Origin: an uncultured bacterium | GTDB lineage: Bacteria; Omnitrophota; Omnitrophia; Omnitrophales; Aquincolibacteriaceae | DNA: 64,000 nucleotides | Assembly: GCA_964562525.1 (NCBI GenBank) | Contig: CAZLTL010000013.1 | Coordinates: forward strand, 16,698-80,697 | Direction of reading: 5' to 3' | Part shown: positions 9,694 through 19,376 of the stretch, piece by piece | How the letters are laid out: each line of letters begins with the position of its first letter | How positions within the stretch are numbered: the stretch's first letter is position 1 | The notes under the pieces: generated by a model | Databases searched by the model: none | The model's input: only the letters and a program-made list of their open reading frames with translations | Told to the model about the DNA's origin: nothing | Made by a program: the position numbers and the translations under genes

Positions 9694-10701
9694 TTACTGC
9701 TTATCGCTTTTCAAACTTTTGATATAAGCCACTAAACTTAAAAGCTGTTCTTCGCTCACTTGGCCTTTGTAAGTCGGCATCAAAGCAGCGTAGCCTTGAA
9801 CGATGCCGTCCGCAGGATTGATAATCGAGTGACGAATATAAGTTTCATCCGCTTTGACGGTGCGGCCATCTTCCAATTTGACATCTTTGCCGAATAAATC
9901 CATAAGATTTGCACCCATGGCGCCGGAGTTTTGGTTGTGGCAGGTGATACATTTAAGTTCAGTAAAAAGTCTTTCACCGCGGGCAACCGGCGTTTCATTC
10001 ATAGCTTGCGTCTCAACCGGAGTCGATGCTTCAACGGTTGTGGCAACCGGTGCTGTTGTGGCTGGCTTTTCAATTCTTTCTTCAAGCCACTTCTGATAAT
10101 CCGCGGGCTCCATCGCGTAAACGGATCCAATCATGCCGGAGTGTTTGGTACCGCAATATTCCGCGCAAAAAATATGATATTTACCCGGCTTGGTGGCTTG
10201 AAACCACATAAAGCTGTAACGTCCCGGCACAGTGTCTTGCTTGATGCGCATCGCGGGGATATAGAAACTGTGAATGACATCTTCCGAGGTCATGGTGAGC
10301 TTGATCGGCTGATTGATCGGAACATGCAGTTCATTCATTTCACGCGGACCTTCAGCGTGCTGAATTTTCCACATCCATTGCTTGCCGACGACAAAAATTT
10401 CTTTCGCGTTTTCAGGGATGCGGACTTGTTTGAAGTAAACCGATGTTCCCCAAGCAAACATGAAAAGCGTCAAAAGAAGAGGAATGCCTGTCCAGGTGAG
10501 TTCGAGGATCAAATTACCATGAATGGCTTCCGGCATTTTTTCATTGCGCTTACGGTATTGAATCGAAAAAATAATGGAAAGCGCGACGACTAAAACGGTG
10601 AAAAACAAGCTGACCGCCAGCATGAAAATATAAATGGCGTCGACTTCAGCGGATAAAAGACCCGCTTGTTCCGGAAAATATTTAAGCAAAAAATCCATCA
10701 T
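9694..10701 (-). CDS. coxB: cytochrome c oxidase subunit II with fused C-terminal cytochrome c domain (caa3 type)
   Basis: 2 TM helices, CuA-type ligands (H..CAEYCG..H..M), and a C-terminal CITCH heme c motif. Confidence 0.85.
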   Translation of the reverse strand: MMDFLLKYFPEQAGLLSAEVDAIYIFMLAVSLFFTVLVVALSIIFSIQYRKRNEKMPEAIHGNLILELTWTGIPLLLTLFMFAWGTSVYFKQVRIPENAKEIFVVGKQWMWKIQHAEGPREMNELHVPINQPIKLTMTSEDVIHSFYIPAMRIKQDTVPGRYSFMWFQATKPGKYHIFCAEYCGTKHSGMIGSVYAMEPADYQKWLEERIEKPATTAPVATTVEASTPVETQAMNETPVARGERLFTELKCITCHNQNSGAMGANLMDLFGKDVKLEDGRTVKADETYIRHSIINPADGIVQGYAALMPTYKGQVSEEQLLSLVAYIKSLKSDKQ

Positions 10702-10755
10702 AATGATTCTGACAATACCTTAACTTAGTTTTGTTTAAAAATTCTTTGAGCCTGA

Positions 10756-11604
10756 TTAAGAAACGGCAGCCTTACGGCGGTCATCTCTCAAACAGCTGAA
10801 AACAAACCACGCCAAACCCAAAGCGGTCAAAATACCCGTGGTCTGCAAAATTCTGTCAACCGCCATGCTGTACTTTCCGTTGGCGGGATTGTAATGATAA
10901 CAAATTAAAAGAATTTGATCCCAAAACGAACCGACTTTGCCGTTGGCGGCTTCGATCAGGCCGAGCTTCATGCTGCGCGGATCAAATTCAATTCCGCTCA
11001 TGTAGCGCATGATTTTACCTTCAGGGCTTAAGAAAACCAATATGGATGAATGCACGTACTCGCCCGAAACAGGATCTTTTTCATATTTAAATCCCACGCT
11101 CTTTGTCAGTGTTTGAATCGCGGTTTGGCTGCCCGTGAGAAAGCGCACGCCTTGTGCATGACGACTTTCGGTGTATTTGCTTAAGAAGTCTGCTTTTGCT
11201 TTTGCCGCGTTTTCAAGCGTTTCATCGGGATTAATCGAAAATACGACTAAATCAAATACCCCGTCCGCGACAAAATCAATTTGGTTTAAGCCTTTGGCGA
11301 GTCCTTTTAAAATTAGCTGACAAAGCATGGGGCATTTGAAATAAACCGGAACAAGAATAACCGGCTTTTTATTAAAAACAGAATTGAGAACGATTTTCTC
11401 GCCTTCGCTCGTGGTCCACGGAGTGTCGAGAGCGGCCATGGCGCCGAAGCGTTTTTCGAGGCCGGTTTTTTTCAGCATTTCATCCGCTTGAGTTTCCGCG
11501 AAACAGACCGAAGACCAAAGACCGAAGACCAAAGACAAAACACAGAAAATACCCGCGCGAATTAGTCTGTGGTCTGTAGTCTGTGGTCTGTAGTCTGTTT
11601 TCAT
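10756..11604 (-). CDS. SCO1/SenC copper chaperone for oxidase assembly
   Basis: Thioredoxin-like fold with the CPMLC metal-binding motif and a conserved His. Signal/anchor N-terminus. Confidence 0.75.
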   Translation of the reverse strand: MKTDYRPQTTDHRLIRAGIFCVLSLVFGLWSSVCFAETQADEMLKKTGLEKRFGAMAALDTPWTTSEGEKIVLNSVFNKKPVILVPVYFKCPMLCQLILKGLAKGLNQIDFVADGVFDLVVFSINPDETLENAAKAKADFLSKYTESRHAQGVRFLTGSQTAIQTLTKSVGFKYEKDPVSGEYVHSSILVFLSPEGKIMRYMSGIEFDPRSMKLGLIEAANGKVGSFWDQILLICYHYNPANGKYSMAVDRILQTTGILTALGLAWFVFSCLRDDRRKAAVS

Positions 11605-11930
11605 GATTTTACCGGCAGGCCTTCGCTTAAAGTTGCTTGGATGGCGGTTTTGATCGCATCTTGGCTTTGATTCGCTTGATACTCATCGTGCATTTTCTTC
11701 AGGTCATGATTCGGATGAACTTCCAAAATGACCGCCGGAGTTGAAATTGCCGCGCTTTTTTCAACTTGCGGGTTCGCGGACTGAGCCCAATGCCAAAGGT
11801 GTTTCACCAAAGGGATCATCAGCAAAGAAGTTGCGATCATGACGCCAAAAAGCCAAAGGCCGAAGATAAAAATCTTTTTGTCCTGGGTGTCCCGGCCTTC
11901 AAAAAGAATGTCTTTGTGCTCGTGTGCCAT
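11601..11930 (-). CDS. small single-TM membrane protein, possible ACIII subunit ActG
   Basis: 109 aa from MAHEHKD. This start lies right after the actF stop; the ORF-track start at 12110 overlaps actF. One TM helix. Sits between actF and sco1. Confidence 0.4.
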   Translation of the reverse strand: MAHEHKDILFEGRDTQDKKIFIFGLWLFGVMIATSLLMIPLVKHLWHWAQSANPQVEKSAAISTPAVILEVHPNHDLKKMHDEYQANQSQDAIKTAIQATLSEGLPVKS

Positions 11931-11931
11931 C

Positions 11932-13089
11932 TTAATGATGCTCCTCGGCATGAAAAATCGGATCTTGTTTGAAGGTGAGTTGAGCTGTTGCGAAGTTACG
12001 TAAAACAAACCCGAGCCAAATTCCGCCGATAGCAACCCATACCGCGATATCAATCCAAGAGAAGGATGGGTGATCAAGATGTGTCGGTTTGACATGCCAA
12101 ATGAGCTCAACCCAACGCATAATCAAAAGCAGAACCGCGACTTTAACGAGTCTTTCCGCTTTCCGCTTGATGAAGCGCATTAAAAGTAAAAAGAAGGGAA
12201 CAACGAAGTGAAAAATAAAAATAGCCGCAGCGATCCATTCCCAACCGCCGGTTGAGCGATGCAAGTACCACGGCGCTTCTTCTTGAAGGTTTGCCGACCA
12301 AATAATGATTAACTGTGATACGGAGGTGTAAGCCCAAAGCATAACCGACGCGAACAAAAGACTGCCGAGGTCATGCATGCGGTCAACTGAGAAAACAGTT
12401 TTCATGGGTTCTTGCTTGCTGAAATAAACACCGAAGAGAATCGAAACCGCGAGGGATGATAAGGCGAAATGAATCATGAAGATTGCGCCGTAAATCGTTG
12501 AAAACCAATGCGGTTCAAGCGACATCACCCAATCAATGATAGCGAAGGTGACAGTCAGGGTGTAAATCAAGATGCCGGCTCCGCCATAACCCGAAAGTTT
12601 TTTCGCGGTCGCGCGCGTCGGGTTTTGATCCTGAATATCGGAATGTTTGCGCAGCTTGAATGCCATCCAAAACCAAATCGCGAAATAAATCGGTAATCGA
12701 ATCCAGAAACCGGGGACATTGAGATAAAGCGCTTTGGATTGAATAATCGGGTCGTGATCTGCGTACTTGGGCAGTGTCCAGTCATAAAGCGACGCCATAC
12801 ATAATCCAATCGGAATAAACAAAGCCAAACAAACCGGTAAAGCTTTAAGCAGATTTTCTTGGATGCGGCGAATGGCAAAGCCCCAACCGCCGGAAGTGAG
12901 GTGATGAATCATGATCAAAGGAAAAGAACCGACCGTGATTCCAAACCAGAAAAGCCACGCCGGTAAATAAGCTAAGGCAAAAGCGTCTTTATTCTGAAAA
13001 AAAGCGAAAGTGGAAACAGCCGCGCCGACCGCACCCGCGATGAAAGCGATGTTTGAACCTTTTTGTAACTTTGTGTTTGTTTCAGTCAT
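11932..13089 (-). CDS. actF: Alternative Complex III subunit ActF (NrfD-like membrane protein)
   Basis: 385 aa polytopic membrane protein, last gene of the actABCDEF order. Confidence 0.7.
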   Translation of the reverse strand: MTETNTKLQKGSNIAFIAGAVGAAVSTFAFFQNKDAFALAYLPAWLFWFGITVGSFPLIMIHHLTSGGWGFAIRRIQENLLKALPVCLALFIPIGLCMASLYDWTLPKYADHDPIIQSKALYLNVPGFWIRLPIYFAIWFWMAFKLRKHSDIQDQNPTRATAKKLSGYGGAGILIYTLTVTFAIIDWVMSLEPHWFSTIYGAIFMIHFALSSLAVSILFGVYFSKQEPMKTVFSVDRMHDLGSLLFASVMLWAYTSVSQLIIIWSANLQEEAPWYLHRSTGGWEWIAAAIFIFHFVVPFFLLLMRFIKRKAERLVKVAVLLLIMRWVELIWHVKPTHLDHPSFSWIDIAVWVAIGGIWLGFVLRNFATAQLTFKQDPIFHAEEHH

Positions 13090-13094
13090 AAATC

Positions 13095-13643
13095 TTAAGC
13101 TGTTTTAGTTTCCGTTGCGTGCGTTTCAATTTTTTGTAGAGCGCGAATATAAGCCGCGACTGCCCAGCGGTCTTCCGGTGTCAATTCGGCTTTATAGCTC
13201 GACATCACTCCGAATCCCTCCGTCATGACATTGTAAAAATAGCCCACCGGCATATTCTTGAGGCGTTCATCCTGATAAGCTGTCGGAACTTTGAATCCGC
13301 GGCGCACAACCATGCCGTCGCCGGCGCCGGTGACACCATGACAAACAATGCAATAAATGTTATAGCGGTCTTTACCGCGCGCCAAAACAGCTTCCGTGAT
13401 CGGGAAAGGAAACTCGGACGCAAAGGTTCCGTCGGATGCTTTGCCTTCATACAAATGTTTGTCCGCGCGTAAAAATCCTTGCGGAACGGTGCCTTCAATC
13501 AAAGGTCGTGCGGTGCTGCCATCTTCAAAGAAAGGCGTTTCTTCGTAAGGTTTGAAACGGTTACCTTCGCGCATGTTGTCGCAGCCCACCAAAGCGAGCG
13601 TTGCCAACAATCCCAATAATAAGAACCGAACTTTATTTTTCAT
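13095..13643 (-). CDS. actE: Alternative Complex III subunit ActE (monoheme cytochrome c lipoprotein)
   Basis: Lipobox LVGC and a single CIVCHG heme motif. Confidence 0.7.
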   Translation of the reverse strand: MKNKVRFLLLGLLATLALVGCDNMREGNRFKPYEETPFFEDGSTARPLIEGTVPQGFLRADKHLYEGKASDGTFASEFPFPITEAVLARGKDRYNIYCIVCHGVTGAGDGMVVRRGFKVPTAYQDERLKNMPVGYFYNVMTEGFGVMSSYKAELTPEDRWAVAAYIRALQKIETHATETKTA

Positions 13644-13654
13644 ATCAAATCTTC

Positions 13655-13778
13655 TAATTCAAAGCTCAGAATTCAAAAATCAGAACCATAGACCAAAAAT
13701 CAAAACCGTCCCGAGCATCTTTAAGTTCTGAGTCGTGGTTTTGAACTTTGATCTTTGACTTCTGATTTGAAGTTCGGC
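13655..13778 (-). repeat. structured intergenic repeat, family 1 (tcagaa-rich hairpin element), inverted copy
   Basis: tcagaattcaaaaatcagaaccatagaccaaaaatcaaa matches the reverse complement of the right arm of the copies at 25113 and 28950. It has an internal imperfect inverted repeat. Confidence 0.55.
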
Positions 13779-14327
13779 TTATGGCCAAACTTCGCTGACT
13801 TCTTTCGGATTTAAACTCTTTAAAAGCGAACGTGTCTTTTCCAATTCAAAAATTTTATCTTCCGAGGCGATGCACAGAAAAAAGCCGTCTTTTGTTGCGC
13901 GCTCAAAGTTTTTCGCGTTAAACACAGGGTGATAAGGACGCGGAAAGCCGTTTGAAACCATGAGGCTAAAGAATGCTGAGAATGCCGCGAATAAAATGGT
14001 CAACTCAAAACAAATCGGAATAAAAGAAGGCCAGCTAAAAAGAGGCCGTCCGCCGATATTCATCGGATAATTAAAGACGCTTGCCCAAGTTTGCATTGCC
14101 AAACCCGTACAAGTTCCGGTGATGCCACCGATTAAAACAGCCAACGGGATGCGTGTTTTTTTAACACCCAAATGCTCATGCAAATGATGGATCGGGAAAG
14201 GGCTATAAGCTTCCATCGTGCGGTAACCCGCCGCGTAAGCTTTTTTCGCCGCTTCAGTCAGCTCTTTCGGGCTGTCAAATTCCGCGATCAAACCGTAAAG
14301 TTTGTTTTCGTCAGTGTTTGTCTGCAT
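13779..14327 (-). CDS. actD: Alternative Complex III subunit ActD
   Basis: 182 aa from MQTNTDENKLYGLIAEFD, the typical ActD N-terminus, with 2 C-terminal TM helices. The ORF-track start at 14363 overlaps actC more. Confidence 0.7.
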   Translation of the reverse strand: MQTNTDENKLYGLIAEFDSPKELTEAAKKAYAAGYRTMEAYSPFPIHHLHEHLGVKKTRIPLAVLIGGITGTCTGLAMQTWASVFNYPMNIGGRPLFSWPSFIPICFELTILFAAFSAFFSLMVSNGFPRPYHPVFNAKNFERATKDGFFLCIASEDKIFELEKTRSLLKSLNPKEVSEVWP

Positions 14328-15699
14328 GTTTTTTTTCTGAATCAACGATCGTTTGAACTTCAAAAATCGAAATCATCGGCAATACGCGTATGAACAAAAT
14401 TAAAAGTGTGAAGAAGAGTCCGAGCGAACCGATGAAGGTCGTGATGTCCCAGACTTTCGGAAAATACATCGCCCATGAGGATGGCAAAAAGTCACGGTGC
14501 AAGCTGATGACGATAATGACGAAGCGCTCAAGCCACATACCGATATTGACCACAATTGAAATGACCCAAAGCCAGACTAAGTTTTGACGCACGCTCTTGA
14601 TCCAGAAAAGTTGGGGGATGATGACGTTGCACAAAATCAAAGCCCAATAAAAAGCAGCGTAAGGCCCGACGAAACGATTGAGAGTCAAAAAACGTTCATA
14701 TTGATTTCCGCTGTACCAAGCGATAAAAACTTCCATGAAGTAACCGTAAGCGACGATCAAGCCTGTTGCGATAATCACTTTCGCCATATTGTCCAAATGC
14801 TTCATCGTGATCAGGTCTTCAATGCCGAACCATTTACGGATCGGAATACAAAGCGTAATCACCATCGCGAAGCCTGAGAAAACCGCGCCCGCAACGAAGT
14901 AAGGCGGGAAGACGGTGGTATGCCAACCGGGTAAAACAGAAACAGCGAAGTCCAAACTTACCACGGTATGCACGGAAAGAACCAGCGGCGCGGCCAAACC
15001 GGCAAGCAGTAAGCAGGCTGTTTCATAACGGAACCAATGATGCGCTGAACCGCGCCAGCCCAAAGCAAGCGCGCCGTAAATTCTCTTCTTCCATGTCTCT
15101 TTGGCCTGATCGCGCATCGCCGCTAAATCAGGAATCAAACCGGTGTACCAGAAAAGCAAAGATACGGTCGCGTAAGTCGAGATCGCGAACACGTCCCACA
15201 AAAGCGGGCTGCGGAATTGCGGCCACATCCACATCGTATTCGGATAAGGGAAAAGCCAATAAGCGCGGTCAATGCGGCCGACGTGAATGACTGGGAAAGT
15301 TCCGGCACAAGCCACCGCGAACAATGTCATGGCTTCCGAGAAACGGCTGATCGACATGCGCCACTTTTGCTTAAGCAAAAGCAAAATCGCCGAAATAAAA
15401 GTTCCGGCATGGGCGATACCGACCCACCAAACGAAGTTAATAATATCAAAGGCCCAGCCGACCGGGTTGTTGTTTCCCCAAATACCGATACCTTTTTTGA
15501 CAAGCCATGTGATCGAAACAATTAAGGTCAGCAGCCCGGCCAAAGCGATCGAAAGCGCGAAGAGCCAGCCTTTTTCAAGCGGGCGGCTAAGAACGATATC
15601 CGTGATTTTTTTATGCACGGACGCATGCGTCTGCTCGCCGGTTAAAATCGACTCTTCGTAAATGACTTCCTGTTTTTCAGAGTTCTTTATATTTGCCAT
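14311..15699 (-). CDS. actC: Alternative Complex III subunit ActC (NrfD/PsrC-like quinol-binding membrane subunit)
   Basis: 462 aa, about 10 TM helices. Confidence 0.75.
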   Translation of the reverse strand: MANIKNSEKQEVIYEESILTGEQTHASVHKKITDIVLSRPLEKGWLFALSIALAGLLTLIVSITWLVKKGIGIWGNNNPVGWAFDIINFVWWVGIAHAGTFISAILLLLKQKWRMSISRFSEAMTLFAVACAGTFPVIHVGRIDRAYWLFPYPNTMWMWPQFRSPLLWDVFAISTYATVSLLFWYTGLIPDLAAMRDQAKETWKKRIYGALALGWRGSAHHWFRYETACLLLAGLAAPLVLSVHTVVSLDFAVSVLPGWHTTVFPPYFVAGAVFSGFAMVITLCIPIRKWFGIEDLITMKHLDNMAKVIIATGLIVAYGYFMEVFIAWYSGNQYERFLTLNRFVGPYAAFYWALILCNVIIPQLFWIKSVRQNLVWLWVISIVVNIGMWLERFVIIVISLHRDFLPSSWAMYFPKVWDITTFIGSLGLFFTLLILFIRVLPMISIFEVQTIVDSEKKHADKH

Positions 15700-15711
15700 A
15701 GTCTATAACTG

Positions 15712-18700
15712 TTAGTGATGCTTTGCGGCCGGCCGCGCATCATGCGCGGTTTCAGACGCCAACGACGGATTCGGATTCTTTACTTTCGCCAAATAAGTCA
15801 AGCGCGGCTGAGTGTTGAGCTCATTCAGTAAGCCGTAGTTCAAAGGCAAAGCCTTCCATTTGGAAACTTCGCTGTCTTTATCTTTTAAATTTCCGAAAGC
15901 GATCGCCGTGGTCGGACACGCGGTCTGACAAGCGGTTTTGATTTCGCCGTCGCGGATCAATCGGTCTTCTTTTTTGGCTGTGATGCGCGCTTGATTGATG
16001 CGTTGGACGCAGAATGTGCACTTTTCCATGATACCGCGATTGCGGATCGTCACATCGGGATTGTGCATCAGCTTCAAAGCTTCACTATGTTTGTCGCGGT
16101 CGGTATAAGCCAAGAAATTAAAGCGGCGTACTTTATAAGGACAGTTGTTCGCGCAATAACGCGTACCGATACAACGATTATAAGTCATATCATTTAAGCC
16201 TTCGTCGCTATGCGAAGTGGCGCCAACCGGACAAACCGGTTCACAAGGTGCATTTTCACAATGCATGCACATCACAGGCTGTTGATGCGATTCCGCTGTA
16301 TCAATATCACCTTCATAATAATGGTCAATGCGCACCCAATGCATTTCGCGGCCGTTCAAGACTTCGTCTTTACCGACGATGGGAATATTGTTTTCCGAAT
16401 TACACGCCACAACGCAAGCGTTGCAGCCGATGCATGAGCTCAAGTTGATTGCCATGCCCCAAGCATAGTCTTCCGAGCCTTTGTGCGCGCCGTAAAAAGA
16501 AGCGGGCGGCAAAGCGTGTTCGAGGTGATGCGCGAAATCAGGCTGATGCTTAAAAGTTTCCAGCGAAGCGCTGCGGATTTGATGACGGCCTTCCATGTTC
16601 TGGTGCAATTGGGTGGAAGCGAGTTTCGCGATCGCGCCGGTTTTGCGGATGGAAATTTTCGGAATCCAAAGATGCAGCGCGGCGGATTGAAGCGTAAACG
16701 CGTTAAAGCCCAAGCCCTTCGCGATTTGTCCGCCAAGAACGCGGCCATAACCGAGAGATAAAGAAATGTTGCCGGAAGTTTGCCCGGGAATAATCCATAC
16801 CGGAACTTCGATGCGGCTGCGGCCGTTGTTAATCTCAACCATGTCGCCGTTTTTGACTTCCAGCTTTTGCGCGGATTCAGGGCTGATATGCGCCGCGTTA
16901 TCCCAAGTGAGTTTCGTAAAAGGTTTCGGCAATTCCTGCAACCAGCCGTTATTCGCGAATTGACCGTCCCACACGCTCTCGTCAGGACGCAAAGTCATTT
17001 CCCATTCGGATTCCGTGAAAGCCTGGTTCAGTTCATCCGATTCCCAAACCGTTTTTGCTTTTAAATCTTTGGCGGTGAAAGCCGAGCCCGCGATTAAACC
17101 GTCATGCAAAGCCTTGCGCCAAGCGCCGTCAAAATCGAGACCAAGTTTATCTTTCCAATATCCGCGCACAATTTTTTCAGATGATCGTCCCGGTTTGCCG
17201 ATTAGCGCTGAAATAAGCTCATGCTCAGAGACACCATCATATAAGGGGTTAATCAAGGGCTGAATCATGGTCACGGTACCGTCTGAAGCGCGCCCGTCAG
17301 AGAAATGCTCAAGAAAGTGTGCCGCGGGAATATGCCATTGGCTGACCGATGCGGTTTCGTCCGTGTAAAGCCCGTGATGCACAGTGAAAGGAACGGAAGC
17401 GATTAACTTTGAAAAATCAAGTTCTCCGGGCGCGGCATAAGCCGGATTCGCGCCGAGCACAAAAAGAGATGAAACTTTTTTGTCGCGAATATCCGCCGCG
17501 AGTTCGATCAGCGAAACACCGTGAAGGACAGGATCTTGTTCAGTCGGCTCAATCCATGAAATTGTTTTTCCGGTATTGCCTAATTGTTCGTTGATTGCGA
17601 AAGCAAGCGCCTGAACACGCGCGGGAAGATGTTCGCCCGCGAGGACAAGTGATTTTCCGGAAGCGTTGCGTAAATCTTTAGCGGCTTCATCGAGCCAGTG
17701 TTGTTCTTCGGCCGAGAGTTTGACGGAAGAAGTCGGCTGAACATTGTTAACGCCTACGCGCTGCGCGAGGCTTTCGGCGACTGCAACCATTTTAGAAACT
17801 TTGGCACGCAAAAGATGATCGGCGGCCGCGCCGGTTAAAGTGGGTTCGGCTTCGATCGCATATAAACGGTTCATGCCTTTGTTCTCATGCGCTTTGCGGC
17901 GCGATGTGAACTCACGCGCATAACGTAAACTTCCGGGCAAGTTGATCAAGAAATTGGAACCGATCGAAAGAATAATGTCCGCTTTTTTGAAATCATAAAC
18001 AGGTTCCGCAAATTCGCCAAACGCGGCTTTTTGCGCGCGGCGGGCTTCATCAATATGGATCGGATCATAACGATGCCACTTGGCTTTTGGAAAACGCGCG
18101 AGGACTTGCTTCATTTGATCGCCGAAAGTCGGCGATGTGACAGTGCCGGTCAAAAAGCGTAAACCTTCGCCGCCGTTGGCGTCCCATTCTGCGAGTTTCT
18201 TTTCAATTACGGAGAGAAAAGAAGTGATGCTTGAAGATTGTCCTGATTTCAAAACGACTTTGGAGCGGTCGGGGTCATAGAGCCCGAGAATCGCGGCTTG
18301 ATTAAAAAGGTTGGTTGCGCCCAAGCTGTCGGGATGTTCGGGATTACCTTCGAGTTTGGTCGGGCGTCCCATATGCGATTCCGCGAGTAAGCCGCTCACA
18401 TGACGATTGAACGGCATGCCGGTTGCGTAAAAAAGCGGTTTACCGGGAATGATTTCTTCCGGCATTTTCACGTACGGAACAATTTTTTCTTTCGGTTGTG
18501 TGCAGCCCGGCATTGCGGCTAAAAGCAAGGACGCTCCCATCAATTTCAAAAAGTCACGGCGTGCTTCAGGGCCTTCGTTTTGCGCGGATCCGTTCGGAAA
18601 CTCTTCTTTTAAATAAGACATGAATTCCGGCGTTTCAGCGATTTCTTCCATTGAACGCCACAGATTCTTACCCTGTTTGTCCGCTAATTTTTTTCTAACC

Positions 18701-18714
18701 CAGTCAAAATTCAT
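15712..18714 (-). CDS. actB: Alternative Complex III subunit ActB (molybdopterin-oxidoreductase-like domain plus 4Fe-4S ferredoxin domain, Tat signal)
   Basis: 1000 aa. Twin-arginine motif RRDFLKLMGASLLLAA. C-terminal Cys clusters (CIGCNACVVAC, CMHCENAPCEPVCP, CTFC, CQTACP). Confidence 0.85.
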   Translation of the reverse strand: MNFDWVRKKLADKQGKNLWRSMEEIAETPEFMSYLKEEFPNGSAQNEGPEARRDFLKLMGASLLLAAMPGCTQPKEKIVPYVKMPEEIIPGKPLFYATGMPFNRHVSGLLAESHMGRPTKLEGNPEHPDSLGATNLFNQAAILGLYDPDRSKVVLKSGQSSSITSFLSVIEKKLAEWDANGGEGLRFLTGTVTSPTFGDQMKQVLARFPKAKWHRYDPIHIDEARRAQKAAFGEFAEPVYDFKKADIILSIGSNFLINLPGSLRYAREFTSRRKAHENKGMNRLYAIEAEPTLTGAAADHLLRAKVSKMVAVAESLAQRVGVNNVQPTSSVKLSAEEQHWLDEAAKDLRNASGKSLVLAGEHLPARVQALAFAINEQLGNTGKTISWIEPTEQDPVLHGVSLIELAADIRDKKVSSLFVLGANPAYAAPGELDFSKLIASVPFTVHHGLYTDETASVSQWHIPAAHFLEHFSDGRASDGTVTMIQPLINPLYDGVSEHELISALIGKPGRSSEKIVRGYWKDKLGLDFDGAWRKALHDGLIAGSAFTAKDLKAKTVWESDELNQAFTESEWEMTLRPDESVWDGQFANNGWLQELPKPFTKLTWDNAAHISPESAQKLEVKNGDMVEINNGRSRIEVPVWIIPGQTSGNISLSLGYGRVLGGQIAKGLGFNAFTLQSAALHLWIPKISIRKTGAIAKLASTQLHQNMEGRHQIRSASLETFKHQPDFAHHLEHALPPASFYGAHKGSEDYAWGMAINLSSCIGCNACVVACNSENNIPIVGKDEVLNGREMHWVRIDHYYEGDIDTAESHQQPVMCMHCENAPCEPVCPVGATSHSDEGLNDMTYNRCIGTRYCANNCPYKVRRFNFLAYTDRDKHSEALKLMHNPDVTIRNRGIMEKCTFCVQRINQARITAKKEDRLIRDGEIKTACQTACPTTAIAFGNLKDKDSEVSKWKALPLNYGLLNELNTQPRLTYLAKVKNPNPSLASETAHDARPAAKHH

Positions 18715-18722
18715 ACTGTTAA

Positions 18723-19376
18723 TTACCTATGACAAGCGCTGCAGTTCTGTACTGTGCGCACATTATATTTAGTCGCCAATTCTTTTTGCATCTCTTTAAT
18801 GTTCTCGGGTTTTTGCCAATGCGGATTCACGACTTCTTCTTTCGGGCGCAAACGTGACTCCGGATGACGATGGCATTGTAAGCACCATTCCATATGAAGA
18901 GTGTTTTGCTTATACATCAAAGGCATTTCATTCACTTTGCCGTGACATTCCATACAGCTGACGCCTTTGGCAATGTGGACACTATGGTCAAAGTAAACGT
19001 GATCCGGTAAATCGTGGACGCGCTGCCAATTGAGCGGTTTGCCTGTTTTCCAGCTTTCGCGCACCGGTTCAAGCGCGGGAGATTCTTTCCATATTACATT
19101 GTGACATTTCATACAGGTTGCGGTAGATGGGATGCCAGCGAAAGAAGATTTTTCAGCGGAAGTGTGGCAAAAACGGCAATCCATGCCGAGGCCTTCAACG
19201 TGGTGCTTATGGCTGAAAGGCACGGGCTGTTCAGCCGGAATGCCGACGCGCGTAATGTAATTGGAGCGCGCGAGCCAGTAGCCGAAAGTGCCGAGAGCGA
19301 TCACGGAAAATACCGCGCCCCAGAGAATGAGGCGGATCTTCGTATTGGCTGCTGGCGAAAATATTTGTTTCATCAA
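18723..19376 (-). CDS. actA: Alternative Complex III subunit ActA (pentaheme cytochrome c)
   Basis: Five CxxCH motifs (CRFCH, CMKCH, CMECH, CLQCH, CSACH) and an N-terminal TM anchor. Confidence 0.85.
   Translation of the reverse strand: MMKQIFSPAANTKIRLILWGAVFSVIALGTFGYWLARSNYITRVGIPAEQPVPFSHKHHVEGLGMDCRFCHTSAEKSSFAGIPSTATCMKCHNVIWKESPALEPVRESWKTGKPLNWQRVHDLPDHVYFDHSVHIAKGVSCMECHGKVNEMPLMYKQNTLHMEWCLQCHRHPESRLRPKEEVVNPHWQKPENIKEMQKELATKYNVRTVQNCSACHR

Noticed and set aside
11500-11604. Considered whether the gtctgtggtctgtagtct and gaccgaagaccaaagac tandem units were a mini-CRISPR or minisatellite.
   Set aside because: There are only about 3 units of 8-16 nt, inside a coding region, with no spacer-repeat periodicity of 28-37 nt and no cas genes.
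11601-12110. ORF-track 169-aa call overlapping actF by 179 nt.
   Set aside because: The first 60 codons overlap the actF C-terminus. An in-frame ATG at 11930 follows the actF stop directly and gives a compact 109-aa single-TM protein.
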